Notes under the pieces: generated by a model
The model's input: only the letters and a program-made list of their open reading frames with translations
Database searches by the model: none
Told to the model about the DNA's origin: nothing
Part shown: positions 23,611 through 33,799 of the stretch, piece after piece
How the letters are laid out: the number at the start of each line of letters is the position of its first letter
Numbering within the stretch: the stretch's first letter is position 1
Program-made: the position numbers and the translations under genes
Origin: Methanomassiliicoccaceae archaeon
GTDB taxonomy: Archaea > Thermoplasmatota > Thermoplasmata > Methanomassiliicoccales > UBA472
Assembly (NCBI GenBank): GCA_963806355.1
Contig: CAWDXN010000006.1
Location: forward strand, 58,491-122,490
Direction of reading: 5' to 3'
DNA: 64,000 nt

Positions 23611-24259
23611 TCATGATGAGACGATCTGTGGGAAGTTGGTCTCCAATGATATGGTACGGGTGATCTCGTTCTCCGGTCCGGTGGTGGTCCTCTTGCTGGT
23701 CTGTTGCAGCATGATGCCGTCCACAAACCACCAGTCCTGATGGTAATATGACCCCTCATCCGCCCCATCCTCATAGTCTCGATAATGTTCCGCCATCCTC
23801 GCCCCCCACTTGGTCTCCAAGGACTCGCTGCCGACCGCGTTGATGGAAGGGCTCGACCTTATCAGTTCATAATAGTCGTACCCCCAAAACGTCCAGTTCG
23901 CGGGAAATACATAGTTCGCGCTTTGATGGTCGGTATCGATCCCACCGGATGAGTGGTTGTAACTATAGGTGTCCCTTTCCATGGCGATGGTGATGTTGGT
24001 CCCGTTCACTTGGACCACCTCGTATCTCTCGACGTAGATGGTCTGGTCCAGACCAGAGTAGATGCCCACCCCGGTCTCGGTCTGGGTGTATTGCCAGTAA
24101 TCCCCTGACCTGCCAATTTCCGGGCCCACCCCCAACGTCCTCCTCATCTCCATCATCGTTCTGTTGCATCACCACTACCCCTGCGATGATGACGATGACA
24201 ACAACTATCACGGTCAAAACAAGAAATGCTCTTCTCATCCGATCCTCTTTTGCCATCAA
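23611..24259 (-). CDS. Hypothetical membrane-anchored/secreted beta-rich protein (frameshifted)
   Basis: N-terminal TM (VLTVIVVVIVIIAGVVV) in one frame; WQVGDYWQY...ESLETKWG...WWFVDGIMLQ in the next. Confidence 0.6.
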
Positions 24260-24426
24260 TCCTGTCGCTATATAATTTTAGGTGCTTCCTGTCCACCGCC
24301 TCTTGAGTGTGGAAATGGTTCAATGTTGCATCAGAGCTGAACAACTTTTCTCTCCATTACTATGAAAATTTTATTTTTAATAATAAATATTAGTATCATT
24401 GAAATGGTCAATATCGCCTCTCATCA

Positions 24427-24970
24427 GTGAGCGGTTTGCACTACTTCATGGTGACAGAGAGATTGGGCTTCTCACATTGGGATGAGAATGACCTTAAAAG
24501 GGCGATCGAGCTGTGGGGCGATCCAGAGGTAACGCGATTCATAACCGCCACAGGGAGGATGGAACCTCCTGAGATCATGGACCGACTGGGTCGGGAGGTC
24601 GATATGCAGGTGAGATTTGGTGTCCAATACTGGCCTTTGTTCCTGAGGGAGGGGGAACGGTTCATCGGTTGCTGTGGCCTCCGACCCTACGACTTGAGCA
24701 AGGGCATTTATGAGCTAGGTGTGCACCTGCTGCCCAAGTTCTGGGGGAAGGGATATGCCAGAGAGGCGTGCGCAAGGGTCATCCGCCTTGCTTTTGATGA
24801 TCTGGGGTGCCCTTCGCTGTTCGCCGGGCACAACCCAAAGAACCACGCCTCCGCTCGCCTGCTTGCTCGACCTGGGTTTCGTCCATACGCACGATGAGCT
24901 ATACCCACCGACCGGATTGGAGCATCCGTCCTACCTGCTGAGCAGGGATGATTATTATAGGGGCGTTTGA
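24427..24970 (+). CDS. GNAT N-acetyltransferase, RimJ/RimL type (late frameshift)
   Basis: TERL, FIGCCGL, FWGKGYAREA, NHASARLL..LGF. Confidence 0.9.
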
Positions 24971-25010
24971 CCACCTGGCAGCGTCCCTAGCGGGTCTGAA
25001 AGGTTTCGGG

Positions 25011-25966
25011 TCAAGGTACTAGGTCAAAACCGTAGTAAATGCTCGCGGCCGCCACGATGATGAGCGAAAGGGAATAGACCAGCATGGTGACGTGGAACAA
25101 CGGCAGTACCTTCATGGTCGCCTCCGGGGTCATCCCTTTTCGAATGGCCCGGTTGGCGATGACCAATAGGGCGAAGCCGATCACGAACCCGATGAGCACG
25201 TACCAGCCCAGATAGGCGGCGAATAAGGTGGCGGTGACGAAATGCACCGCTGTGAAGAGGAGGACCCAACGGGCCGTGCCGGCCACGCCATAGAGGACTG
25301 TCACCGATCGCATTCCCCTCGCCTTGTCGTTCTCGACGTCTATGAGGTCGTTGGCTCCCAGGTGGGCCTCGGCGAAGGGGTAGAAGAACAAGAAGTAGAG
25401 AAGGATGGTCATGCCAGGTTCGCCAACCATTAGGTAACCGGCCACTGGGAACAAGCGCGAAATCGGTTCGCCCCAACAGCTGAGCGATGGGGATGCGTCT
25501 GCTTCCTCTTGTGCACCTGGTAGAAATACTCCACGCCGTAGCAATAGACCAAGAGCACCAGGAGGTAGAGGGAATTAGGATAGGGGAGGGTGAGGATGAG
25601 GAGGACCGTCAAGGCCACCAGGATGAAGAACAGTGTCAAGGCCTGGCGACCGGAGATCAATCCTGAGGCCAGCGGTCGTTCCTTGAATGGCCTCCAATAG
25701 TTGGTGAGACGGCCCTCGACGTCCTTCTTGTCCAGCTCCCTGTCCACATAGTCGTTGAGGACGAAGCCCGCCTCGAAACCGAGGAAGCCGATCAACGCTC
25801 CCTTCGCCAAGGTCCACCAATCGAACCCGCCCTCGATGGCGAAGGCCAACATCAGGCCGGAGCAGAAGAGTATGGGCCATGCGAACCCGAAGTGCAGGCG
25901 GGTGAGGTCGATGTAGGCGCGGATGACGCTCGATGGTACTGCCTTGGTGGTCGCCTCCTCGTTCAC
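25011..25966 (-). CDS. UbiA-family prenyltransferase (frameshifted)
   Basis: Asp-rich motifs NDYVDRELD and NDLIDVEND, RPLASG, many TM helices. Confidence 0.88.
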
Positions 25967-26106
25967 CTGAAGGAATCGGTTTTCAACATAGAATAATATT
26001 TTCGATGGTGTTCAACATTGAAGAGCATCGGATGGTCCGAATACAGGTTAGAAAGGACAAAACCCATTTAAGCCAGGGAAGAAGATATTGCCTCGGGTTG
26101 AGTTTG

Positions 26107-26631
26107 ATGGAGGGAGCGGTGCCGAGCGGTTGGTTCGGAAAGCACGTGAGGAAGGAAGCGGAAAAGGATGCCTTGGCATTGTCCGAAAGGATCGGTCAAT
26201 TGGTCGGTGTGGTCATCGGGCTGGTGGTGGCATGGTATTTCCTCGACCTCTACCAATCAGGTTCGGACTTCTTCACGTCTGATTTCGATGATCTGGATGC
26301 TGCCCTCTTCTTCGGGATCGCTTTCCTTGGGGTCGTCCCAGGGCTTATGAAGGCGATATTAGGCCGGAAGAACGTGACCCGGCCATTAGACGTGGCGTTG
26401 TCCGTGGCAATATTGTTCGCTTCGGCCTGGTTCCTTTCTACCTTCCCGTTCGATTTCGCCTATGTGTCAGAGGGGCTTTCGGAATCCTGGCAGTTTCTGC
26501 TGGATTGGATCGATGATGAGGTGGCGCGGTTCCTCATGGGCCTGAGCATCGCCATCAACCTGGTCCTCATACCATACACCATCGCTTTGTTCTATGGGGT
26601 GAGGGGGATCTTGAGGGCGAGGAGGGTGTGA
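26107..26631 (+). CDS. Hypothetical membrane protein (4 TM)
   Basis: Hydrophobic ORF, likely ATG at 26107. Confidence 0.65.
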   Translation: MEGAVPSGWFGKHVRKEAEKDALALSERIGQLVGVVIGLVVAWYFLDLYQSGSDFFTSDFDDLDAALFFGIAFLGVVPGLMKAILGRKNVTRPLDVALSVAILFASAWFLSTFPFDFAYVSEGLSESWQFLLDWIDDEVARFLMGLSIAINLVLIPYTIALFYGVRGILRARRV

Positions 26632-26752
26632 ACCGCCGCCCATCTCTCGGGCTTTGTTATCAATAATGATTATTATAGAACTATTATTATACTTCTTAAT
26701 ATTCTATTTTTACATGTCGACATCGTAAGGTGTTCGATAGCACCCCTATAGA

Positions 26753-26785
26753 CTGGTCCGTTGGACCAGCCTTCTTCTTTTTTTT
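26753..26785 (+). terminator. Hairpin plus T-tract
   Basis: CTGGTCC-GTT-GGACCAG followed by CCTTCTTCTTTTTTTT. Confidence 0.6.
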
Positions 26786-26985
26786 ATTATCGAGTCACTA
26801 GGAGACCGGATCTCGGAGAGGGGGATTGGCTCTTTCGAAGTTGTCCATCCGTGATCACCAGGCGAACGTTTCAAACTGGACGAAGGAAATCAAAAAGTGC
26901 GAATGTTTAAATACTATAATCACAAACACCGTTCGAATATAAGTTCGTCTGTATTTTTACAGGTCGTTTTTATTTTCAACCAAGA

Positions 26986-28446
26986 GTGAACATTGTGACA
27001 TCTTTCACAGATCTACAGATTTCGAATAAGGTCATCAGAGCAATGAACAACATGGGATGGACGGAGCCAACCCCTGTGCAGATAGAATCCATACCAGTGG
27101 GCCTGCAGGGCAGAGACATGTTCGCCCAGGCGCAGACCGGGACCGGTAAGACCGGCGCGTATGGTTCCATCATATTGGGCCGAATCAAGCCCGAGATGAA
27201 GTTCACATCGGCATTGGTCGTCGTCCCCACAAGGGAATTGGCCAATCAGGTCTCCGAGGAGTTGTCCAAGCTCGCCGAGTTCACCGGGCACACCTGCATC
27301 CCCATCTATGGAGGGGTGGGCATCGAGCCCCAGGTGGCGAAGCTCAGGAGAGGCGCGGACATAGTGGTGGCCACGCCAGGAAGGACCAAGGACCTCCTGA
27401 TCAGGAGGGCCCTGGACCTATCGAAGGTTTCGATCGTGGTCTTGGACGAGGCGGACCGCATGCTCGACATGGGCTTCGCCAAGGACATGGATTTCATATT
27501 GTCCAAGGTGCCCAAGAAGAGGCAGTCGCTGCTCTTCTCCGCCACCATGTCGAAGGAGATCAAACATCTGGCAGCTCGCCAGATGGTCGACCCCCAGGAG
27601 ATACTGGTCTCCAAGGACGAACCGGTCCTGGACCTGACCAAACAATTTTACATGATAACCAGCAAGGAAACGAAGCGCGACGCCCTCTGCACGATCCTCG
27701 ACGCGAAGGACCCCAAGGCCATCGTCTTCTGTCACACCAAGCGCAAGGTCGACCAATTGACCAAGAAACTTCTGGCCGATAAGTACCTCGTTGGTGCCAT
27801 ACATGGCGATGTCGTCCAGAACAAGAGAGAGAGGGTCATCAAGAGCTTCAAGGACGGTTCCATCCGCGTCCTGGTGGCCACGGACGTGGCGGCCAGGGGA
27901 TTGGACATCGACGCCGTCGACTATGTCATCAATTTCGACGCTTCAAAGGACCCGGACACATACGTCCACCGCATTGGAAGGACCGGAAGGGCAGGGATGG
28001 AAGGCATCGCAGTGTCGTTCTTCTTGCCAGAGGAGCGTCAGATGATCAAGGAGATCATGTTCAGGACCGGCAAGCCCCTCGAGCGATTGGACCTCGATGT
28101 GGTCCCTAGGCCTGAGCCCGAGGTGAGGAACTTCGCCGTGGTCCCAAGCGCCCCGCCCCCGGTACGAGCACCTACCAGCCCTCCAGTAAGGACGAATGTG
28201 GGCAGGTCGCCGAACTACCGGACCTCCATCGAGATCAACTTCGGGAGCGTGGACGGACTGAGCAAGGCGGAGGTCGTGGAGCTGGTGAAGACCGGCTCCA
28301 ATCTGACCCACGATAATGTCGGAAGGATCGCCATGGGCGAGAGGTATACCCACCTGGAGATAGTCGGAAAGGACGCTAACAGGGTAACCACTGACCTCTG
28401 CGGCCACACCTATAGAGGTAAGGCCGTGGAAGCGCGGTTGGTCTAA
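26986..28446 (+). CDS. DEAD-box RNA helicase with DbpA-type C-terminal RNA-binding domain
   Basis: AQTGTGKT, PTRELA, DEAD, SAT, HRIGRTGRAG; C-term INFGSVDG. Confidence 0.96.
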   Translation: MNIVTSFTDLQISNKVIRAMNNMGWTEPTPVQIESIPVGLQGRDMFAQAQTGTGKTGAYGSIILGRIKPEMKFTSALVVVPTRELANQVSEELSKLAEFTGHTCIPIYGGVGIEPQVAKLRRGADIVVATPGRTKDLLIRRALDLSKVSIVVLDEADRMLDMGFAKDMDFILSKVPKKRQSLLFSATMSKEIKHLAARQMVDPQEILVSKDEPVLDLTKQFYMITSKETKRDALCTILDAKDPKAIVFCHTKRKVDQLTKKLLADKYLVGAIHGDVVQNKRERVIKSFKDGSIRVLVATDVAARGLDIDAVDYVINFDASKDPDTYVHRIGRTGRAGMEGIAVSFFLPEERQMIKEIMFRTGKPLERLDLDVVPRPEPEVRNFAVVPSAPPPVRAPTSPPVRTNVGRSPNYRTSIEINFGSVDGLSKAEVVELVKTGSNLTHDNVGRIAMGERYTHLEIVGKDANRVTTDLCGHTYRGKAVEARLV

Positions 28447-28459
28447 GGCACATAATAAT

Positions 28460-30333
28460 ATGTCGTTTAAAAAAGTCCTTCTGGTCAAGCCCTCTGGCAG
28501 ACATGGCCTGTCCTATGCGTTCGATCTTATCCCTGCCGGGCTCGAATACCTAGCTGCCATGATAGAGGACGTGGTGGAAGAGGTCACCATCGTGGACTTG
28601 GAGATGGAGCATAGGCCATTCGATGAGGTTTTCAACGAGCTCTTGATCGCTTTAAGACCCGATCTTGTAGGCATATCGATGTCTGCCACGGACCACAGCG
28701 AAGGTCTGGAGATCGCCAGGTTGGCCAAGAGCAAGGGTGCCGTGACCCTATTGGGTGGTTATCATCCCACCGCCATACCGATGAGCTGTTGTCTCAGCCT
28801 CAGGTGGACCTGGTGGTCCGCGGGGAGGGTGAGCTCACCTTGCGGGAGCTTGTCATCAAAGGAGTGCCTGAGGGAGTGCGAGGCATCTCTTACAAGGACG
28901 GGGGTCATATCGTCCATAACCCTGATCGAGAGTTCGTTGAGGATCTGGACAGCCTGCCGTTCCCTGCTCGGCATCTTAGAAGGTACTCCTATGGCACAAG
29001 GCTGATGCGCGACCGTAAGTTCGATGTTCTGACCACATCCAGAGGTTGTTGGGGCAGATGCACCTTTTGCTGCGAACCGACCATGAGCAGGAGCCATCAG
29101 CGCTACCGCTCCCCTGAGAAGGTGCTGGAGGAGATATTGGAGATCGTCTCATTCCATGATCATAAGCCCATCTGCATAGACATCACGGACCCGCATTTTA
29201 TGGGAAGACCAAAACTGGTGGAGCAGCTGTGCGACCTCTTGGCACCACATAAGCTCGACATCCGATTCGGCGTCAAGGTGCGGGCGGACTCGGTGGCGAA
29301 GCATCCTGAGATCGTACGAAAGATGATCGCTGTGGGGATCGAGGGTTTCGAGATGGGCATAGAGAGCCCGAACATTGAGGACATCAAGTCCACATCCAAG
29401 GGGATGAACACAGAGGTTCACATCCAAGCGGTCAACAACATAAAGAAATGGGGCGGGAACGCGGGAGGGACCTTTGTCATCGGTCTTCCTGATCAGACAG
29501 AGGCCCAAATATTGGAATTCCCCGCCTATGCTAAAAAGATAGGGCTGACGAGCACCGCCTATGGCATCGCAACGCCTTTTCCCGGCACCGAATTCTACGA
29601 GGATTTGAAGGCCAAGGGATTGATATTCGAGGACGACTGGAATCGCTTTGATGAGATGCATTCTGTTTTCAAGTCCGAGCACATCACCAGCGCACGGATC
29701 GAAGAACTGGCCTCCATCTGCATGGCCAGATTCTGGACCGTGGACATGTTCATAGAAAAGGAACGGATGTTCACGATAAGGAACGGATCAAAGAGATCGC
29801 TCGCCAAATTCATCAGTGACAAAATTGAGGAGCTAATGTTCTCACTGGACATGGGCTCGCAGCTTCAGACCAAGAACCTAGATAAACATGTTTTGGCGGT
29901 CATTGAGGCCTCGGCCGACCCCGGAGTGGAGGAATACACGCGGAGGGTGGGTATGCACAACGTCATCGACATGGCAACGTTCCTCAGGGTCCTTGGCGAT
30001 CAAATGATCCAGCTCACCATCAGGAACAATGGAGTTGCCATCACCAGCTGGGTCATGAGGTCCAATCGAGAAGCGGTTGAATACATCCAGGTCATCCCAG
30101 GAAGGACCGACCTGAACACTATAAACCTAGAGATCGACCTGAAGGATTTCAAGTTCGATGGAGATCGCGACCTGGACCTAATCGAAATTGTCCGCATCGT
30201 AGCAGGAATGCTCTTCTCGAATCGGGGAATGAAGAAGCAACCGAAGATGGTCCGATTGATGACTGCCATTTCCACCGAGTTCGTGAGATCGTCCTTGCGC
30301 AAGAACGATCGAACGGACAGATCGAACGATTGA
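28460..30333 (+). CDS. B12-binding radical SAM protein with long C-terminal extension (frameshift near 28785)
   Basis: PAGLEYLAA, GGYHPT, RGEGE, SRGCWGRCTFC (CxxxCxxC), TPFPGT. Confidence 0.9.
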
Positions 30334-30531
30334 TGCCGAGTCAGATTGCAACGTTATAAGATTTGTGAATCAGACAATAAAGAACGATTCGTCCTTTGAT
30401 CGAGCATCTCAACCCAATCCCAATAGAAAATGATCGTGAATGGGCGCAGTTCGAAGACAGTGTTTAGATGTGGCAGTTTGATAGAAAGTTGAATACCAGA
30501 AGGCCAGGCATTTCGATCCCATTGTGCAGGA

Positions 30532-32083
30532 ATGGACGAACAAGAAATCATAATATATCCTACCCTTCGAACTAAGGACATCATGGCATCGGGATTCAAC
30601 GAAATTTGGGCCGCCATCGATATCTACGTGGCATCGATAATGGCGATCCTCGCTATCCTGGTAATATTCGTTGTTGTCTTCGTTCAGAAAAAACGACCCG
30701 AAGCCGTCCTTGTTTGGATCCTTGCAGTCCTTTTGGCCGCAACCTTTTGGATCCTTTCTGCATTCATTTACCCCTTGATCCTATTCCTCCTATTCTACAT
30801 CTACCTGGGACGGGACCATCGTAGAAAGAAGATGTTCCGTAACAAGATACAGGTTGACCGGGCCGTTCCGTCGCCCTCGGCAAGTCCATGGGAGGATTGT
30901 TCGTCTCTGACCTAACAAAGCCTGGATTGGGCCCAAATGAATCGTTGGCGCATTTGTTATTCAATTCCAACAGTTCCTTCCTCACCAGCGACAATGAGGT
31001 GAAGTACTACAACGAGGGGGCTAGCATTTTCGAGGACATGCTCATTGAGATAAAAGCGGCCAAGCGCTTCGTACACATGGAGTGTTACATGATCCGCAAT
31101 GACCATCTGGCAAAGGAGTTCGCTCATGTGCTGGCCCAGAAGGCTGAGGAGGGGGTGGAGGTCAAGCTCCTCATGGACGCCCAGGGGTGCCATAAGCTCC
31201 CTGGGCGATTTTTCAAGGAACTGAAGATGGCGAAGGGAAGGACCGCTTTGTTCCTCCCTTCGCTCATACGTGGTTCGAACTTCAGCATCAACAACCGAAA
31301 CCACCGGAAGCTATTGGTCGTGGACGGGGACACCGCCTTCATTGGCGGGACGAACATCGGTGTCGAGTACCGTAGTGAGGGGCCGCTTGGCTACTGGCGC
31401 GATGGTATGACCCGTATCCGTGGCAGTGGCGCCATAAGCGTTGAGAAGCGTTTCGTCCTGGATTGGAACTTCGCCACCAAGGAAGATCTGAAGGTAGATG
31501 ACTATGCACCGACGAAACCGGCAGCGGCAAGGTCAGCCTGCAGATAGTCTCCGGTGGCCCGGACAAAGCATCCCGACAGATAGAAGAGCAATATGTGAAG
31601 ATGATCATGACCGCCAAGGAGTATGTTTTCATCCAGACCCCCTACTTCGTCCCTAGCGAGGCGGTGACCGCGGCCTTGGTGGCCGCGGCCAAGTCTGGGG
31701 TGGACGTGAGGGTAATGATGCCCTCCAAGCCCGATCATGTTTTCATCTACTGGGCATCGCTCTACAACGCGGGAGATCTTTTGCGCAGTAAGGTGCGCAT
31801 ACACCAATTCAACAATGATGGCTTCATCCACGCCAAGGTCTTGGTCCTGGATGACCAGGTGGCATCGATAGGCAGTGCTAACTTCGATCGCCGCAGCTTG
31901 GAACTGAACTTCGAATCCAACGCCGTCATCTATGACAAGGATGTCGCCAAGGAGATCAAAGCAGCCTATCTAGACGATATCGAACATCGGTGCACCGAGC
32001 TCACCGAAGAAAATTACCAGAAGCGTTCATTGATGGTCAAGTTCAAGGAGGACATCTCCCGACTCTACAGCCCGATCGCCTAA
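30532..32083 (+). CDS. cls: Cardiolipin synthase (PLD family; frameshifted, 3 pieces)
   Basis: N-terminal TM pair; two HKD motifs NHRKLLVVD and IHAKVLVLD; IQTPYFVP; GSANFDRRS. Confidence 0.92.
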
Positions 32084-32089
32084 GGCTAT

Positions 32090-32980
32090 CTACCTTTTCA
32101 TATCCTGTAACCTGCGCAGCCTCCTTTTGAAATAGTGCGGGACGCGTGGCAGGTTCTGTTCGCAGTGCACCCTCATGGATGGTATAAGATACCGGGAGTG
32201 CTTGCCGATGAGCACGCTCCCGGTTAAGACCTTGCTGAGAGGCCCCTTCTCCTCACCGATGACCAAATTTTCTCGTCGCTCAACAGCACCCAAGAAATCC
32301 TCGTGGTCTGATGCCAGGGCGCAGGTGACGACGGTTCCCGTGTCTTTCAGAGTATGACCGTCAGTGCCTCCGGTGAAGCATTTTTCCTTGGCAAGGGCCA
32401 GCTCCAACGCGCGCACGTTCAAGGGATGTGCCATTCCCCCGCAGATCACCTCGAGACCCTCGAAGGAATCAAGGATGATTTCTGGTATGTACTCGCCATC
32501 GATGCATTTCTGCAGGCCTTTGTTGAACATGAGGTATCCATAGGGATGCGCGGCCACGGTCAGGCATGAGTAATCGGACAAGGCTTCGACGATCTTGGAG
32601 GTCGGAGAGCGGATGGCAAGCCAAGGGCTTTTCCTCTTCTGGGGTTCGATGTGCCTCAGATAGAATTCCTCCAGATCGCGCGGCGTGAAGAAATATGCTA
32701 AGATGTGAGGCCCATCCGCAGCGCTGATCTCGATCCCAGGGACCACCATCACCCCATCTCTCTCGGTGTACGCCCGCAAAGAACCGGAAATCTCGTTGTG
32801 GTCTGTGACCGCCACCCCGAAACATTCCTTCCTCGCTCTCCTTAGCAGGCTGGATACATCCACCGTCGCATCTGAATGGTCCGTGTGGAGATGCATGTCC
32901 ACGCTGGAAAAGCCCTGGTGGCCTAGGTCCTCTAGGTTCGGAGCCTCGAATCTGACCCGCTGCCTTCTCTCATTCTGCAT
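32090..32980 (-). CDS. PHP-domain phosphoesterase
   Basis: DMHLHTDHSD, VTDHN, GIEIS, AAHP, GGTDGH. Confidence 0.9.
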   Translation of the reverse strand: MQNERRQRVRFEAPNLEDLGHQGFSSVDMHLHTDHSDATVDVSSLLRRARKECFGVAVTDHNEISGSLRAYTERDGVMVVPGIEISAADGPHILAYFFTPRDLEEFYLRHIEPQKRKSPWLAIRSPTSKIVEALSDYSCLTVAAHPYGYLMFNKGLQKCIDGEYIPEIILDSFEGLEVICGGMAHPLNVRALELALAKEKCFTGGTDGHTLKDTGTVVTCALASDHEDFLGAVERRENLVIGEEKGPLSKVLTGSVLIGKHSRYLIPSMRVHCEQNLPRVPHYFKRRLRRLQDMKR

Positions 32981-33119
32981 TTGGTAGTTTAATGGTCAAA
33001 GAGATAAAGAACACACCGATGAGGCTTTACGGAGATGCGATGCCCTTCCTTGACCTAAATGAATTGCGGACATACCAATCATTAATAAGGTGTTTTTACA
33101 AACAAATGTTGGTGATAAA

Positions 33120-33263
33120 ATGGCGATAACGATGAATTGGGGAGCCATAGGGATAGGTTCTGTATTAGCATTCCTTTTGGGCTGGCTCATCTTTGGCCTG
33201 CTGGGTGCGGTGATCCTAGCACTAATAGTACTAGTCGTGCTCGGGATCTTGAAATTCAAATAG
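33120..33263 (+). CDS. Small membrane protein (47 aa, not in ORF track)
   Basis: GGTGA RBS; MAITMNWGAIGIGSVLAFLLGWLIFGLLGAVILALIVLVVLGILKFK*. Confidence 0.7.
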   Translation: MAITMNWGAIGIGSVLAFLLGWLIFGLLGAVILALIVLVVLGILKFK

Positions 33264-33284
33264 GTATCCCCTTTTGGCAGGTTT

Positions 33285-33308
33285 ATGAGGGGGTCCTATC
33301 CCCCTCAT
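33285..33308. repeat. Perfect 9-bp hairpin
   Basis: ATGAGGGGG-TCCTAT-CCCCCTCAT. Confidence 0.7.
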
Positions 33309-33309
33309 C

Positions 33310-33582
33310 ATGGAGTTGAATAGTATGACCGGGAAGAAACGCAAGAATCCAGAGATTGAAGAGGATGAGATCATCGACAAGGGAGATGAAGAGCATGAGG
33401 ACATCTACGATGAGGAATCTAGGGAGGAGATGGTTGAGAACGATGAGATAACGGCCGCCGAGGAGGGATTCATGCGTGGATGGGACGGCACTGTGGAAGG
33501 TGGGAAGAAACATAAGAAGGACAGCGATCACAATGACACCACGTCGGTCGAACTGGTAAAGGAACAGTATAACGAGGATTGA
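33310..33582 (+). CDS. Small acidic hypothetical protein
   Basis: EDIYDEESREEMVENDEITAAEEGFMRGW; purine-rich coding pattern. Confidence 0.7.
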   Translation: MELNSMTGKKRKNPEIEEDEIIDKGDEEHEDIYDEESREEMVENDEITAAEEGFMRGWDGTVEGGKKHKKDSDHNDTTSVELVKEQYNED

Positions 33583-33799
33583 TGCGGTTTCACATTTCAA
33601 AACCTTATTGACAGTCCCTCCCGTCCCTTTTTTTAGAATATAAAAGCGCCGCATCCCTTTGCATAAGTGGAATGAGGTGCAGAGTGCTGAGAATTCACTT
33701 TCAACCGAGGTCGTTCTCTCTGGGCGCATCATTGACACTCCTTAAAACTGGAGAGGATTCGGTTTAGGCGGTATTCCCATTTTTCTTGAGGCAATTCAA

